Assembly: GCF_009914755.1 (NCBI RefSeq)
Contig: NC_060927.1
DNA from: the human T2T-CHM13v2.0 reference genome, Homo sapiens
Direction: 5' to 3' (one strand)
DNA length: 64,000 bases
In this document: positions 48,101 through 63,407 of the stretch, one piece after another
How positions within the stretch are numbered: position 1 is the first letter of the stretch
How the letters are laid out: each line of letters opens with the position of its first letter
Translations under genes and position numbers: made by a program
Notes under the pieces: generated by a model
What the model saw: the letters and a program-made list of their open reading frames with translations, nothing else
What the model was told of the DNA's origin: nothing
Databases searched by the model: none

Positions 48101-48966
48101 TAAAGCCATCTTAAATCAAGGAATATCTATAGGGACTTAAGGTAATATTCAACTAAATTGGCAAGTGACTACCATTATCCTATTAAAGCTCTAAAATGCA
48201 ATATTTCAATCACAGAAAAAAAATCTTATAATTTAAAGAACTATAAATTGCCAGATGTTTCCCTAGTTATTACGTTAGTGACAAATTAGACAACTGGAAA
48301 TAGAAAACAGAGTATATGTTTGGAACAGTCATAAAAGGACTAGTGACTATTGCTGCTAGCTGTGGTTGTATTAACATTAAAATATTTGCTATGGGATTTT
48401 TCTTCTTATCAAAGCAGATGCTCAGATGAGGAAAAACTTTCTTGCATATGAAAATCAAAATTGTCTTCCAAAATATTTAAGTAACAAAAAATTCATTATG
48501 TAGTATAAATGCTGTATGATTACATTATTCTTATAGTTAATTTAGAAGGGTTTGAATTTGTTTTTGTTTTGTTTGTGTTTGTTTCTTCGATAGGTGCATT
48601 CTCTAACTGTCTTAAGTAGAAACAAATGTCTAGAATCTCTCAGTGATTATCAGTCTCCTTCCTATTACCAAGAATGTTTTTATTGTGTTGTTAATCTCAC
48701 ATGTAATTTTTTTAACATTTAAAAGTTTGGAAAATGGGTAAAAAATGAGTGTGCCTTGTTTCCTATTATTACAATGTGCCTTCCTATTTCAAGTCCCAAT
48801 TCTAGATTTCCTTAAAACTTAAAATCATAGAATTAATAATCTTTCAGTTTAAGTCAACTTTTGTGTGATTTCTTGTCCACTTATACACACATAGATGCCT
48901 TCATCTTCACCAAATAATGTAGAAATTTTATTTAGTTCAATGGATTTAAGTACTCTGTATGCTTAA

Positions 48967-49309
<343 letters not shown>

Positions 49310-50289
49310 TGATTTTGTACTTTTAAAGAGAATTTGTTGTTGCTAATTTGCTAAGTTTATTTAGATATTTTCTGATTCTATATTAGTCAAAGCTCCTCTT
49401 ATCTACTTTGGAAAATGAAGAATTATGTCTATAAAATATATCAACAACAGCTGCAGGTACTTACAGAGGAAATACTGTGGATCTGAGTGATATTAGGCCC
49501 TGAGGATACAAGCCAAAGTATAAAAATGGTCTTTGCCGTAGAGAGATAGTAGTCAAGCTAAGCACATATTTTGGCATGGGTCTCTAATAGCCTAATGCTA
49601 GTAGGGTGGGAAGCCATTTAAAAATGGCCCCTCCTTCTGTCCTGCCTTTCAGACCAGATGGTGTGTCTAAAGTGGTCACACTGTTTGGTTCTGGCCACTT
49701 CTGTAATAACCACTGCTCCTTTCCCCTCCTCGTGAGATTATAACTCCTTTGACAGTATGGATGGCACCTAACGCATCCTTGTTTTCTTTTACTAAATGTT
49801 CCACGGAGTCACTTGCTTGCCTGTTTGTTGCTTATTTGTTTGTTTTTGGCTAAAACTACAGAAAATGTTAAATACATTTTCAGACCTTTATATTTTAAAA
49901 AAGAAATGTTAAGAAATAAATAATTTTTCTAATCTCATTTAGATACACTGTCCTATTACACACAATGACAAATTTGATGCTTTTGTCTTGCTAATTGAAG
50001 AGCTAAGCATGAATACAGTTTTTCAGTCTACAGCAGCAATGACAAGGGTAAAGTGGAGAAAAGAGTAAGGAAAGAAAAAATTAAAAAGAATAAAAGGTTG
50101 AAATATCAAATCGGTGGTTCTTAAGATGACAGAGGCAGGTGAGACAAGAATACTGGAATCACCCAGGGGGCATATGAAATCTGTACATTTCATCCACACC
50201 TTCTTTTCTCCCCCTGTCCTCATTCCCCCTGTTGAGACACATTGTATTACAAATTAGGAGGAAACCATCTAAAATTATCTCACGTATCC

Positions 50290-50430
50290 CAGTTCCCATA
50301 TTAGCATCATGAGTATCACCTGAGAGTTTGTTGGAACTGCAGAATCTCAGACCCTGTCCAGACCCATTGATTGCATAAGAATCTGCATTTTAGCAAAATC
50401 CTCAGGTGATTCAAATGCACATTAAGGGAA
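50290..50430. mobile_element. MER5A-like DNA transposon
   Basis: gaatctgcattttagcaaaatcctcaggtgattcaaatgcacattaag. Confidence 0.75.
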
Positions 50431-50509
50431 AAGAAACACAGTGTACCGTACCTGTGGCTTGTTTAGAATAATTATGAAGAGGTGTTTTCTTGGCTCTTAA
50501 CTAACGTTT

Positions 50510-50740
50510 TTAATAAAGCTAATATTTATTGAGTACATAAATGTGCCAAACACAACGTTCAGTCTTTCTTTAAATTTTTTTTATTTAATCCTCACAACAA
50601 CCCTGTGAGATAGTTTCTGTTTTATCCTTATTTTATAGATTGGGATACCAAGTAATAATGAGATAAGTAGTTTACCCAAAAGCTGTAACTGATACAGTCG
50701 AGATGTAAACATAAGAATTCTAATTTCATTGCCTGTTCTC
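50510..50740 (-). mobile_element. MIR SINE
   Basis: atttaatcctcacaacaaccctgtgagatag...attttatagat. Confidence 0.75.
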
Positions 50741-51112
50741 TTAGCTGTTACCTACAGTGTCTGCTCTATACTGGGCTACCTACTTTTTAAGGCCAACTAA
50801 TTATTTGAAAATTTATTTAAAGTTTTAATTTGAGATCAAAATCTGTTTCCCTCATAAATTTTTTTTAAAAAAAGCAAACAAGATCTATTCCATTTTGATC
50901 TAATGTTTTCCTGTCACCTTACCTTTAAGTGCAATAATGGGAAATTCTAGAAATTCCTTCTTTAACTGTTTGAAAAAATACCAAAACTATGACAGCCTGT
51001 CCAAATCCACTAAAATATATTTTTATATGCATGCTTTTTGTATATCAATTATACTTCAATAAAGCTTTTTAAAAAAATAGTAGATGACATACTTTTAAAA
51101 ATTAACTTTGGA

Positions 51113-51434
<322 letters not shown>

Positions 51435-52207
51435 CTATTTTTTCCCATAAAAATCCAAAATTTTCTGTTTACTTTTTGGTGCTCTCATGCTATAAAGTAA
51501 ATTCTCCCTTGGATTGGACAAGTTATTTTCTGTTTTCTACATACACATAGACTGTTCAGCATTCCAACTCAAATTACATATTACTTTTTCAGCTTTTAAT
51601 ATAAATGCTTATTTACTACAAGCATGGTTTACAAAAATGTAGTAAAATATAGTTACTAACCAGTCAATGCTCAAGCCAGTGACTCCCCAAATGATTCAGT
51701 CCCTGAGCTGTTTCACCCAGTGCAGGTAGATTCTCTGACAGCCATCAGTTGGATCTGTCCGAATATCTCCTGTTTTGACAGGGGCTTATTGATGTTGGTC
51801 AAAAGACAGGTGTGTATGGGTTCCCTGGGATCATGTTTGAGGGGAAACCTGTGCCAACAGGACTGAGCAGCCACTTTTTCAATGGTATTGAGAAAATTTG
51901 TAGGAGATAAAATTTCACCAGCTCCTTGAATCTAGAACTGTAGATATTCAGGTAGCACTGACATTACAACATCTAATTTGTAAGTTATGGGTTAGGGCAA
52001 AATCAATCCAGGGCTGCCATCATGACAAGTAGTGGAAGTTTGAAAGAAGGAGAAATACCCAAAAGATATCTTACACATAGCAGGCAGAGTTTCTTAGTAC
52101 TAATAAAAAATAAAGTACCAGTGATCACCCTCTATAGCCCCTAAGAGTCCCCTGGTTTCACTAAGCCCCAATATTTGTGGCTGTGGCTGAATGCAATCTG
52201 CACAAGG

Positions 52208-52299
52208 TTTTCTTTTTAACAGTTGGAAAAAATCTCATAGCATAGCATTTTTTTCTTTTTAACAGTTGGAAAAATTCTCGTAGCATAGCATTTTTTTCT
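52208..52299. repeat. 43-bp tandem duplication
   Basis: aacagttggaaaaa.tctc.tagcatagcattttttt at 52218 and 52261. Confidence 0.9.
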
Positions 52300-53499
52300 A
52301 GTAAATTTCATATACTTAACAACTTTATCAGCACATATATTTTCCTTCACACTTACAATTTCATCAACACATATACTTTACTTTTTGACTCAAATTCTTC
52401 TTGCCATCAATTCAAATGCTCCTGCCCTTAGAATGAGAATTTTCCATTAACCCAGCTTTAATAATCTAACTCTCCCATTCAAATGATGTCACTTCATATA
52501 AAACACATTTTATCATGATGTCTCCCAGCCCTCAGTTACACAGTTAATTGCTGCCACTTTATCATGAATGAAAAAGATGTGATTCTTGGGTAATGATTTC
52601 TTGAGTATGTCCTGGTCTATTATCTACTGAGTTACCAGAGTGGATTTTTGAGAGAACACACAGTTATTCCTATTCCTTTTAATTTCCATTAACTTAAGCC
52701 ATATGATAGAACATTACAGTTGTTATATATTTTGTATAAATATAAAATGTAATATATAATTTATATATTTTAAAATATTTAGTGGCAAGTAAAGATAGTA
52801 GTAAGTGAAAAAATCACTGTATAACATATGAATCGTAAGTGTGATCCCATGTATGTGTATACCTGGTAGATGCTTGTCAAGGTGCCATTAAGGTCTTGGG
52901 TTATTGGCATCTTAATGAAATTCATTTAATTATGTTAGGATTGATTTGTTAGTAAAATCACTTACATGTTTTTTAAATGCATGCATATCTGTGGAGCCAA
53001 TAAGAAAAATTAGGAACAATATACAACAAATCTTAAGAGCTTTTGAGGATGATTTTTTTTCTTTCTTTCTTTTGTATGTACCTACAAAATTTTCTATAAT
53101 GGATCTCTATTGATTTTATATTTTTTACTTTCTATTTGTCTTGGAATTTCTATTACTTTATTTATAATTCACTCTAGATTTTAGGTACTAGACAACTACT
53201 ATTAACTCTCTGGAGAATGGTACTATAAATCTGACCCTTTCTGTCATTTTTTTTTCCTGTGGTACACTAGTGTCTCACAAAGAGTCCACAGAATTCACAC
53301 GGTCATGATATTTTATAGAAGAAATCATTTTATGGGAACTTTCTTTTGTTAATAGATCCTTCCAATGCTAACATTATTCTGTATAACAGTGCTAAAGTTG
53401 GTATGCCTAAATGCTAAACTTGGTATGCTAAAGTTGGTTTAAAAATTAACCTATATACAATCTTCTTGAATAACTCTTCAACTTTAAATAAATTTCTTA

Positions 53500-54480
53500 T
53501 TTAAAAAATCCTCCTATATATAATTAAAAATACTGATGAATTTGACTACATAAAAATAAATGCTTATACAGTAAAAAGTACCATAAACAAAGTTATCATC
53601 TAAACAAGAAACCTGGGAAAGCTATTTGCCAGCCATTACATGTAAAATTTAAGTTTCCTTAACATAACATGAGCTCTTTAATGTGAGAAACAATAAACAA
53701 CCTAATTGAAACATGAGCAAAAGCCATGGCTGAGAAAACTCGTAGAAGAATTACTATGGAAACAATAAGAAAATGAAAAGAAGTTCAACCTCATTCATAA
53801 TTAACGAAATGCAAGTCAAAACAAAGATATACCTTTTACTTATCAGATAAAGAAAAAATGATTTGATAAAACCCAGATTCTTGGTATTATAAATTGGTAT
53901 AACCTTAACGGAGGACATTTTATGAATATCTATCAAAAACTTAGCATATACAAACAATTTGGTTCAACAGTCTGTTAGAATTTATTATATAGATACATTC
54001 ATATAAGTACAAAAGTGCATATATGTAAATATTATTATTGGGACATTTTTGTAGCAGCCAAAAGGAAAACTGAAAAAAAAGATTAAGGCTCATTAATAGC
54101 AGACTGGTTAAATAAACTATGTGTGAGTACAATGAATGAAATATTGTACAGCCATCAAAATGAATGAGGTAGATTTATATATGCTGATGTAGGAAATCTG
54201 CTAGCCATCATAAGTAAAATAAATGAAACAAAGAAGAAAATACTATGATGTACAAAAAGAAAAAACTATAGATATACATATTTATATGCATGTGTATGCA
54301 TTTTTTATGAATATACATATTTATATGCATGTGTATACAAGTCCTAGAAGGAGACATAGGTAACTATTAGTAGTACCTCTGGGAAGTAAATGCAGAGAAA
54401 AGTAATAGAGGGTAAGGATATGTTTACTTTTATTTTACATCCTTCTGTAACTTGACATTTATACGACGCGTTAGCATTAC
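53500..54480 (+). mobile_element. Old L1M (L1ME-like) 3' region
   Basis: Degenerate ORF2 end/3'UTR motifs (aagttcaacctcattcataattaacgaaatgcaagtcaaaac). Confidence 0.7.
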
Positions 54481-54976
54481 TTCTGGGAAAAAGAAAAACA
54501 GAAAAGGTAATCTTTTAAAAAGGTATTTTTTAAATTATGGTACAATAAAATGTGCATAAGCTTTATACTAAGTAATAGAATCATTTAAGTTTAGCTGTAG
54601 ATTCACAAGTAAAAATCCAATCTATTTTCATATTCTTACATTTATAGACATTTCTTACATGTCTATAGAAAGAAATGGCTAGGAATGAGACTGCACTATT
54701 TTACCCTAAAACGTTCTTTTTCTCTTTGCCTAATGTATATCTACAAGGGCATTGGGGAAGATGTTGACCACAGGCAGGAAGATGATGAGATCCTGTGCCC
54801 ACCACTTAATGCAGTCTAGCTCTATATAAGGAAAAATATGTTCTTGATGTGAACCAGATGGTTTCACTCCCTTCAAAAACACTCTTAAGATGCAGTGTGG
54901 AAGCTTACTCTGTAAATTAAAAAATAAAAACCTGACTATATTCAGTGGAATGCGTTAATCATTTTTTTCTTTTTAG

Positions 54977-55060
54977 GTTTGATATTTGACAAATTGATCT
55001 AAAATGGCTGGGTTTTTATCTGAATAACTCACTGATGCCATCCCAGAAAGTCGGCACCAG
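54977..55060 (+). other. AGTR1: AGTR1 exon 2 (84-bp alternative 5' UTR exon)
   Basis: Polypyrimidine tract plus AG at 54975-54976; donor CAG|GTAAAT at 55061; sequence and 84-nt length match the recalled exon 2. Confidence 0.93.
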
Positions 55061-56967
55061 GTAAATGCCTTACATCTACAGCAGTGGGTCTGTCAGCAGT
55101 TTTCTTTAATGTGTCAGCAGTGGGGAGAGCGCAAAAACCCACACACACCATTATCTTGTGAAAGAAGTAGAGGAAGCAGAAAATAATGAAATCCCAGTGT
55201 TACCACATCCCCTCCAATATACAGATTAAGAGCGTTTGTATTTATATGGTTTTAAACATAAATAACATCAGAATTACTAAGCTATTTCCATTCATGTACT
55301 GATAATGAATCATGTGAGAAAGTCCTTTGGCAAGGACTCCACATGGCCACAGGTGATTCCTTTGAGCAGTGTTCTTCCTGTATAGGGCTTAAGAGGACCA
55401 GAAGGGAAATGATTGTACTCTCTTGTCAGCTACTTCCTGGGCGATTTGGGTTCTTTGATACCCCAGTGCTCACTTTCGGAAGTGTTAAGACCATAAACCT
55501 TAACAGTTGACCTTCTCACCTTCAGAAAACCCAAATGTCTCGGAGTTTCATTCTCACAAACTTCCACCTTCCTCCAATGATGAGATATAGGAAAAAAGAC
55601 AATGTGAAATTGGAGATGGAGGTGCCCTCTTAGCCTCTTTACAGGCATGAGTCACATGGCAGGGCATTAAACTCTCTCACAACCTGTTGTGGAGCTCAGC
55701 AGGGTTAGCCAGGACTGTTTTGTCTATCTAACTCTTCTTACATGGGCCTATGTGATATTTTTCATAACAAGAGTCCGGGATTTACCTAACTAATAAGATT
55801 TCCCCACGCCCCTCCTTACAAAAACTCAGTTCAAAGAACAAGCCCTCAGCTTCTCCTAGTCCCCTCCAGGGAAAATGAAGAGTAGCTTGTCCTATTCTGA
55901 ATATGTTGTGCTCCCATTTTATCAAAGTAGAGGATAGATACGTAGGTGCTGGGTGGGTAGATAAATATTAGAGGGATGCTTCTTCTTTGCTGTAACAGAT
56001 TGGCAAGTAGGAATCATTTTCTGGAAGGTACTCCACAGTGGTGGTGTTAGAAAACTATTTAGAATGCCTTTAATCTTGGAGATAAAAATAGTAACACTTT
56101 ACAGAGTTCTGTCAATGGATATCTTTAGGGATGTTTTGTTTTGGGAGGTTTTTTTTCTGATTTTGTTTTTTTCAGGTATAGCGAAGCTTGGGAATCTGGA
56201 CTGTGCAGATTTTCTGCAAAAATCCAGCTCTGGAAAGAGTGTATTAAGATGCATATCCTAGGATGACACAAAGACAGTATGCTTTATTTTACATCTTAAA
56301 AGTATTGAACAGAAGGAGTTTTGTCCATGATATCCCATCAGCCCACTAGCAGGAAAAGCAGGACACTTACCCAGGGGGTTCCTGCTGGAAATGATTCTTG
56401 GAATCAGCCTTCCTTCTACTCTATTTGGGAAGTCTTTGGTTTCTAACATTCACACATTTGTAGCAAAGCTTCCAAAATAACTATGATGTTTTGCTTAGGA
56501 ATAACAAAACATGGAAGAAAACATTCTGTGAAATTTTAAACTTTTTCAAACCTTTAAGTTTCAGATGAATAAGCAAAACATACTTAAGTCTAAGAAGCTA
56601 TTTTTTGTTTGTCAAAGAACTGATGTTATACCAGTTCTAATATTAATTAGCAACTTTGCCCTGGTTTTCCTGTAAAATAATCTCCAAGGCCCTATCTCAA
56701 TCTGTGGGCAGTATACTGAAATACAAAAAGTGTTCACAAAAGGACCTTCTGAACTTTGCAATCTCCCTTTAAAACTTTTACCAACTTAAAACTACAGAAC
56801 TCTGATCTCTTATTGATTTAAACTAGTGATATGTAAACAGCACTTCAGAGCTTGTTTCACAGGACCAAAAAATTTATGCTGAAATCTACTCATGACAAAT
56901 GGGAAAACCCTGATTAGCACATTTAAATGAATAAATAAAGAACCGTATTCAATGGCTTAAAATTTAT

Positions 56968-57171
56968 AGACCTGCATCATCCATTATGGTAGCCATTTAC
57001 TATATGTGGCTATTTACATTTAAATATAAACGTATTAAAATTAAACTAAAAATTCAGCCCCTCTGTTGCATTACCCCCATCTCAAGTGCTCAGTAGACAC
57101 ATGTGGTTAGTGGACAACACAGATTTAGAACATTTCTATCATAGGAAGTACTACTGGACAGTACTGCTGTA
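56968..57171. mobile_element. MER3-like hAT DNA transposon
   Basis: atggtagccatttactatatgtggctat...tcaagtgctcagtagacacatgtgg...ggacagtactgct. Confidence 0.75.
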
Positions 57172-57758
57172 AACACACTTATTAATAATGCAGCAGACTT
57201 TCTTGGCCACTTGGTAAGAAAGTTTTCTGCTCTTTTAAACTTATTTGGGAAGTTTTTAATACTTTTGAAATTATGATTTCCTCAGTGTTAGATTATCTGA
57301 TATACAGCTCTCACAGACCATTTTTTGTTTTTCCTGTTTGTTTGCATATTAAAATATATAGGATTCAATGTTTCACGTGCTTTTCTAAAGTTGCAGTTCT
57401 TGATTTCTTAAAATTGTGAAAAGAAGTACCCACAGTTATATTAAGAACTAAAATATATGGCTGTTGGCTTGGTTACCAACATTGCTGACAGCTCCAAGTA
57501 AGCAAAAGTAAAAAAGATGTAGGATCATTTTTAAAGGCCAATATTTTCTTCCTTACTCATTACCTTCTGTAAAATTCTGTAAGATTTTCTTTAGTTTTCC
57601 AGTAATGATAAACATTTCACCATTGCATAGACATAATTAATTGATTTTTTAAGCAGTTGGAGAGCCAAACAAAATAAGGGGTAGAATACTTCTTATTTTA
57701 TTTTTTAATAAAAATGTACATATTAGAAGCCTTTATTTTTATTTAAATTGTATGTCAC

Positions 57759-58148
57759 TGATAAGGTTTGGATATTTGCCCCTCCAAATCTCATGTTGAA
57801 ATGTGATCCCCTGTGTTGGAGGTGGGGCCTGGTGGGAGGTGTTTGGATCCTGCAGGCGGATCTCTCATGAATGGCTTGGTGCCCTCCCCATGTTAATGAA
57901 AGAGTTCTTGCTCTGAAACTGTGACACCTCCCCCCTCTCTCTCTTGCTCCTGCTCTCGCCATGTGACATGCTGGTTCCCTATCACCTTCTGCCATGATTG
58001 TAAGCATCCTGTGGCCTCACCAGAAGCAGAAGCTAACACCATGCTTCCTTGTAAGCCTGCAGAACCAGGAGTCAGTTAAAGCTCTTTTCTTTATAAATTA
58101 CCCAGTTTCAGGTATTCCTTTATAGCAACACAAGAATAGACCAACACA
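57759..58148 (+). mobile_element. MST (MSTB-like) MaLR solo LTR
   Basis: TG...CA termini; perfect 5-bp TSD gtcac at 57754-57758 and 58149-58153. Confidence 0.92.
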
Positions 58149-58794
58149 GTCACGGATAACAGTAGTTTTTCATTTTTCATCAATATAATGATCCTGCTGT
58201 ATTCTTAAAGTTCTTAATCACTATTTGTCACTAATACGATAACATTAATAAAATTTGAGTCTCAGTTACTTTCCAGTCACTTATACCTAGCAGTTCAATA
58301 ACATTTAGTTCCTGGACTAATGATCATGTGTTATATAAGGCAAAAAATTAAAAACAAATTTGTCTTTGAGTCATCAAAGCATCAAGGGTTTGAAATAGCT
58401 ATATAACTAGCTGTGAAAAAGGGATATAAATATCCAGCTGATATTTCCTTTACACATTTAATAGTATCATTTTTCAATGAAAGCATAAATAAAATAAGTT
58501 TGGAACCAGTTTGGAATTTTTAAATATTAATCGCAGAATCTTACTAACAGAAAACAAAAGCAAGATAAATGCTAGTCATTTGTGCCTGAGTTTTTTTTTC
58601 AATAAACAGAAATGAAGCTTGCTTTAGGAAACATGTGTACTCCAAATAACCTACTATTCACACAATTCTCAGTAACATTCTTTCTTTGCTTAAATAATAC
58701 AGCCAGATGTGCTTAGCACATAACTCTATAGAAAATAATAATTTAAATTAGATTTAAATAGAGATAGATAGACAGACAGACAGATAGACAGATA

Positions 58795-59084
58795 TTTTTG
58801 AGACAAAGTCTCACTTTGTCCTCTAGGCTAGAGTGTAGTGGCATGATCATAGCTCACTGCAGCCTTAAACTCCTGGGCTCAAGCCATCCTCCTATCTCAT
58901 CCTCCCAAGTATCTAGGACTACAGGCACATGCACTATGCCCAGCTAATTATTTTTTTAATTTTTTGTAGAGATGTCGTCTTGCTACATTGCCTAGGTTGC
59001 TCATGAACCCCCAGCCTCAAGTGATCCTCCTGCCTCAGCCTCCCAAAATGCTAAGATTACAGGCATGAACCACTGCACCCAACC
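58795..59084 (-). mobile_element. AluJ preceded by a (GATA/GACA)n repeat
   Basis: AluJ-type motifs (atcatagctcactgcagccttaaactcctgggctcaag). Confidence 0.9.
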
Positions 59085-61159
59085 AATATTAATATTTTTA
59101 ACAATTGAAAGAGCTCAAAGAAATAGGTTTTAAATTTAGAGGCCCTGTTTTGCTGACAGGAAAGGCTTTTAGCTGGAATCAAGAGTGCTGTTGTCTTTTC
59201 CCTTCAATTAGTCATTCCTTTTAAGACTTTTAAGATTTAAATGTATGAGTCATTTTTTAAATCCCAGAAAGATCTAGTATATCTCATAAATGTAATAATA
59301 CAGTGCAGACCTGGTGGAAAATAATTATTTATCTGAAACTGGGCCTCAGTGCCTTTCCTGAATCTAAACAAATGTTCATCTCACCCAGAGAACTGGGACA
59401 ACAGGAACAAGGTATTGCAAGTCCAAAATCCAATCCAAAGCAGCGTTCTTCCTCCCCACCTCTAGGCAAGGCCAAAATACTTCTGCACACAGTATAGACA
59501 CCAGAAAAAAACAGAGCCACTGTAGATGAAACCAGTCAGGGGGTAAGAGCTGTCTTTTGATCTAGAGCTTGCACCTTTGCTCCTCAGTAATACTCCCAGG
59601 TCAAAAAGGAAAAATAAGATGGGCAGTTGGCTGCCTCCTGGTCCCTCCAGCCTGGTCAGTGAACAGAGTGGGAAGATAAAACAGCTAAGTATCTTCCTTA
59701 ACAATGCAAAGCAAGAAATCCAGTCTGCTTTGGGAAAGTGAAAGCAATGCAAATTCAGATTATTAATCATAAGAGCATCTCATGTGATATACAAAATTAT
59801 TGTATAGCAGTAATGGGTCAGCCGTATTTTATTCAACACTGAACCATTAATGAATGCTAGCTAGTCTTCCTTTCACTTACAGAATGTTTATCTATACATG
59901 ACTAAACAAAGAAGGAGCGCTGGAAATGATCCTGTGAAAAATACTGGCTCACAATGTATCAGCTGAGTTTGGGGCAACTGAGGTAGTAGGAGGCGCCCCC
60001 TGGACTTCTGCTGGAATTTAGATTTAAATAGATGGATGAATTAGACAAAACATACTCTCTGAAAGAGTGAGAAATACAATATTCACCAATTAAGTGAAGG
60101 AAAAATCTACACTATGAATAAAACAATAAATGTGGATACATTTGAAAATTTGAATTTCAAACCCCTTAAGATAATGTGACAAATACAACAGGCCTAATTT
60201 AACATCTTAAAGAGATCTGTGTGACCTATTTTGCAGTTTTATTTTCTTAGGACAATGCTTCAGTATCTTTAACTTTCATATTTAATCATTTTTTTTCTTT
60301 TTTGGTTTCTATGGTATCACCATCCATCAATCCATATTGGTTGGAGGGGGGGAATATATATATATATATATGTATGTCTCCCAAGAGAAAGTAATTCTGC
60401 AATCTTCCTCAGCAATTCAGTCTAACAATTAAGAACCCTTAAGCTAAATAGAAAAATTCATTTCACAGGCAAGTTTTACTCAATATGTATAATTAGTTTT
60501 AGTTAACTTTATTAATGAAATGTCGCAAATCAATTAGGTTTGCAATAATCAGATGCCGAGGACCCAAGAGGAACCATTCCTCTCACAAGAGGGGAAGGTG
60601 ATACACAATTTAGTTGGGAAGCAAATGTAATTAGATTTGATCAATTGAGTATTCCTGTCCTGATGTGGAGTCAGTCACATACCCAAGCCTGAGAATATAT
60701 TTGAAAAGAGGTAGAAAAAAACCCAGTATGACTTAGAAAATGTCCTTGTGGTCCTATTGGCCACAACTGGCAGCCAAAAAGGGCTTTGAAGCCACAGGTA
60801 GACAGGTTTTGTTCAGACAGGGCTATGTTTTAGATTTCTCTTTCAAATCTGAATGGTTTTACGTAGGGCAATATATAAACTTTCCTATTTGTCACAGATT
60901 CTAGCACTCTTTAATGCCTTATACTGGGTGTTTCACACAGTTATTTAACTGCCCAAATCCCAATGGCACTTCAGTTTGCAACTATCATGACCTAGAAGTT
61001 AGTTATTGAACAGTTATGAGGTAACTTAAAGTTTCTTCCCTTTGCCTCTAGAATAAGAATATCAAAGAAATGTCATGATGATAGGAATACTACTGAAAGA
61101 GGATATTAAACACTAGGTATTCCTACTTAGGGCTACAGTTTGCAGCAGATTCTATTGTG

Positions 61160-61570
61160 TTTCAGTCAATAAGTGTTTTTGGACACCTACATGCCAGACA
61201 CTATTCTCAGCATTGAGCACAAAGTCGTGAGCAAGGTAGACAAAAATGCTTGGCCTCATAAAACTTACATTCCAGTGCATAAAGATGAGAACAATCACGT
61301 AAAATTTATAATATGTTGGATGGCATGGAAAATGGAAATAAAGTGGAAGGGAGGCTTCAGGTTAAAAAGAGTGTTTAGGGAAGGTCTTCTTAGGAAGAAG
61401 GAGGAAGCTATGTGGACATCTGGGAGAAGATCGCTCCAGGCAGAGGGTAGAGCAAATGCAAATTCCTTGAGGCAGCAATGTGCTGGCATGGTCAAGGCAC
61501 AGCGAGTATGCCAGGGTCTTCAGAAACCACAGAGAAGAGTGGATAACAAAAGTGAAATCAAGTATTGAAG
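61160..61570 (-). mobile_element. L2 fragment
   Basis: tcagtcaataagtgtttttggacacctacatgccagacact... and tccaggcagagggtagagcaaatgcaaa, typical of antisense L2. Confidence 0.75.
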
Positions 61571-63407
61571 AGTATGAACTGACAGGAACTAGAGACATAT
61601 TTAGAATGGATGCCAGAACAGGAGAAATGGGTGGGATTTTAAAAGCTAAATGATTTAAAGACTTAAAATGCTCTGAAGTGTAGTGAAATGTTCCCCAAAC
61701 TGCAGATTTTCCCAGGAAACCAGGTGCATAATTTAGTCATCGATGACTGGTTCTGTGGCAATGACTCTAGTAATTAGACCCCTGCATTTTATGTCAGTTC
61801 CTTCTGGATACTCAGCTACATTATTTGGTGCTTTTGGTATACTTCAAATATGCATTGCCTATCACTGACCTGTAATCCTGTGTCTCTGGGCCTGAAAATA
61901 TAACTTTTCATGTAGTAGAGAATTAGGGCTGTGCAACATTGCCACTAGATTATTTTTAATGAAAGCTTTGCCCTTTTAGATAAATACAGCAATGTATTCA
62001 AACAAGTCCTAGGGATACCACTGAGTGCAAAATGTCATGTACTAGTTATTCCATTTAAATTATTTTATCTTCAAGTCTAATAAGAAAATTCTAAATAAAA
62101 TTATATATTTGGGATTGTGTGTGTATCATCCATCCACATGTAAGTAGGAATAAAATTATTTAATGGAAAATTTCAAATAGGCTAACTCTAAAAATGTACA
62201 GATAATCTGGATGAGAGAAAACTATCCTCACTTTGTGTTATTTTTCAATGGTAGCATTTTCTCATAATCCCCATGCTTTTTTCATGTCCTGCTATTCTTT
62301 AAGATTTCCTAATGAGGATTAGGGAATAGGCATATTTAACAATCTGTGTTCGCAGGTTGAAAACAAGAAAATGAAGACTAATAGTTTCTCTCCTGTTAAT
62401 TTGATTTTCTACAGCTCCTCTCCTACCAGCTTAGGCAGAGGACTTAGTTACTATTTCCAATAGATGGGAGCCAAGGAAAAGACAAGCATCTGTGATGTCA
62501 TGTCTCCCCCAAACGGGTAGCTGCCTCACCAGCCTCCATTAGAGACATCCCCCAGAGTAAGAAATAAGAAATAATCATGAGTAGAATGAGAAAAAAATGC
62601 AGCTTCCTTTATCTGAGAAAAACAATAGTAGCTCAATGCTGTGGCCTAAAGGGCTTTGAAAATAATGCAATTTCTGATAAAAATAAATGCCATTATTCTT
62701 GCTTATTGTCACTGTTTTAGTCAAATAAGATTTTAGCAAGCATATTTCAAATTGTTCTAAATCTAAGTAAATTGGTAATTAAATGCTATCATTAGAAAGT
62801 ATTTTAATATCAGAAAAATTGGACCATAAGAAAGTTAGTTTACCCTTGTATTCATATATACATGTGCTTTGTGCTAAAAATTGTTATCATTTAGTGAGAA
62901 CCTGTGACTATATTAATTAATTTAATTTAATCTTCATATTTCTCTGACCGTTAGAGAGTTTGTGACTTGGATAACTTTCAAACAACTAGTACCCTGATGG
63001 AAATCCAGAATTTTGTTAACCCAGATCACAGCTGCATACTTAAATGCTATGCAACAGTGGCACTTACCCCCAAACCGTATCCTATGGAAATGCCTTTTTA
63101 GCAAATTAAACTGAATTGTGTTCAGAGATCCACAGGTCTAAGCAACATTAGGGAAGGGGTAAAGTAGTCCTCAGCAAGGCCCTTTTCAGAGCACTCCACC
63201 AGTGCCCTTGTCCTCCTGGGCAGAGCTCCTCAGCTATACTCCCTTTCCTAGTCTACCCTATCCCACAACGGAACCATACTTCTCTCATGGAAGCCCTGGT
63301 CTCACAGAACTAAAAAGGAGGCTCCTAGAAATGGGGTTGTGTTGAGTTGACAGAGATGTGTGGCTCTTTAAACTGAAATATAATCCAAAGAGAACAAGAT
63401 CTAGTAG

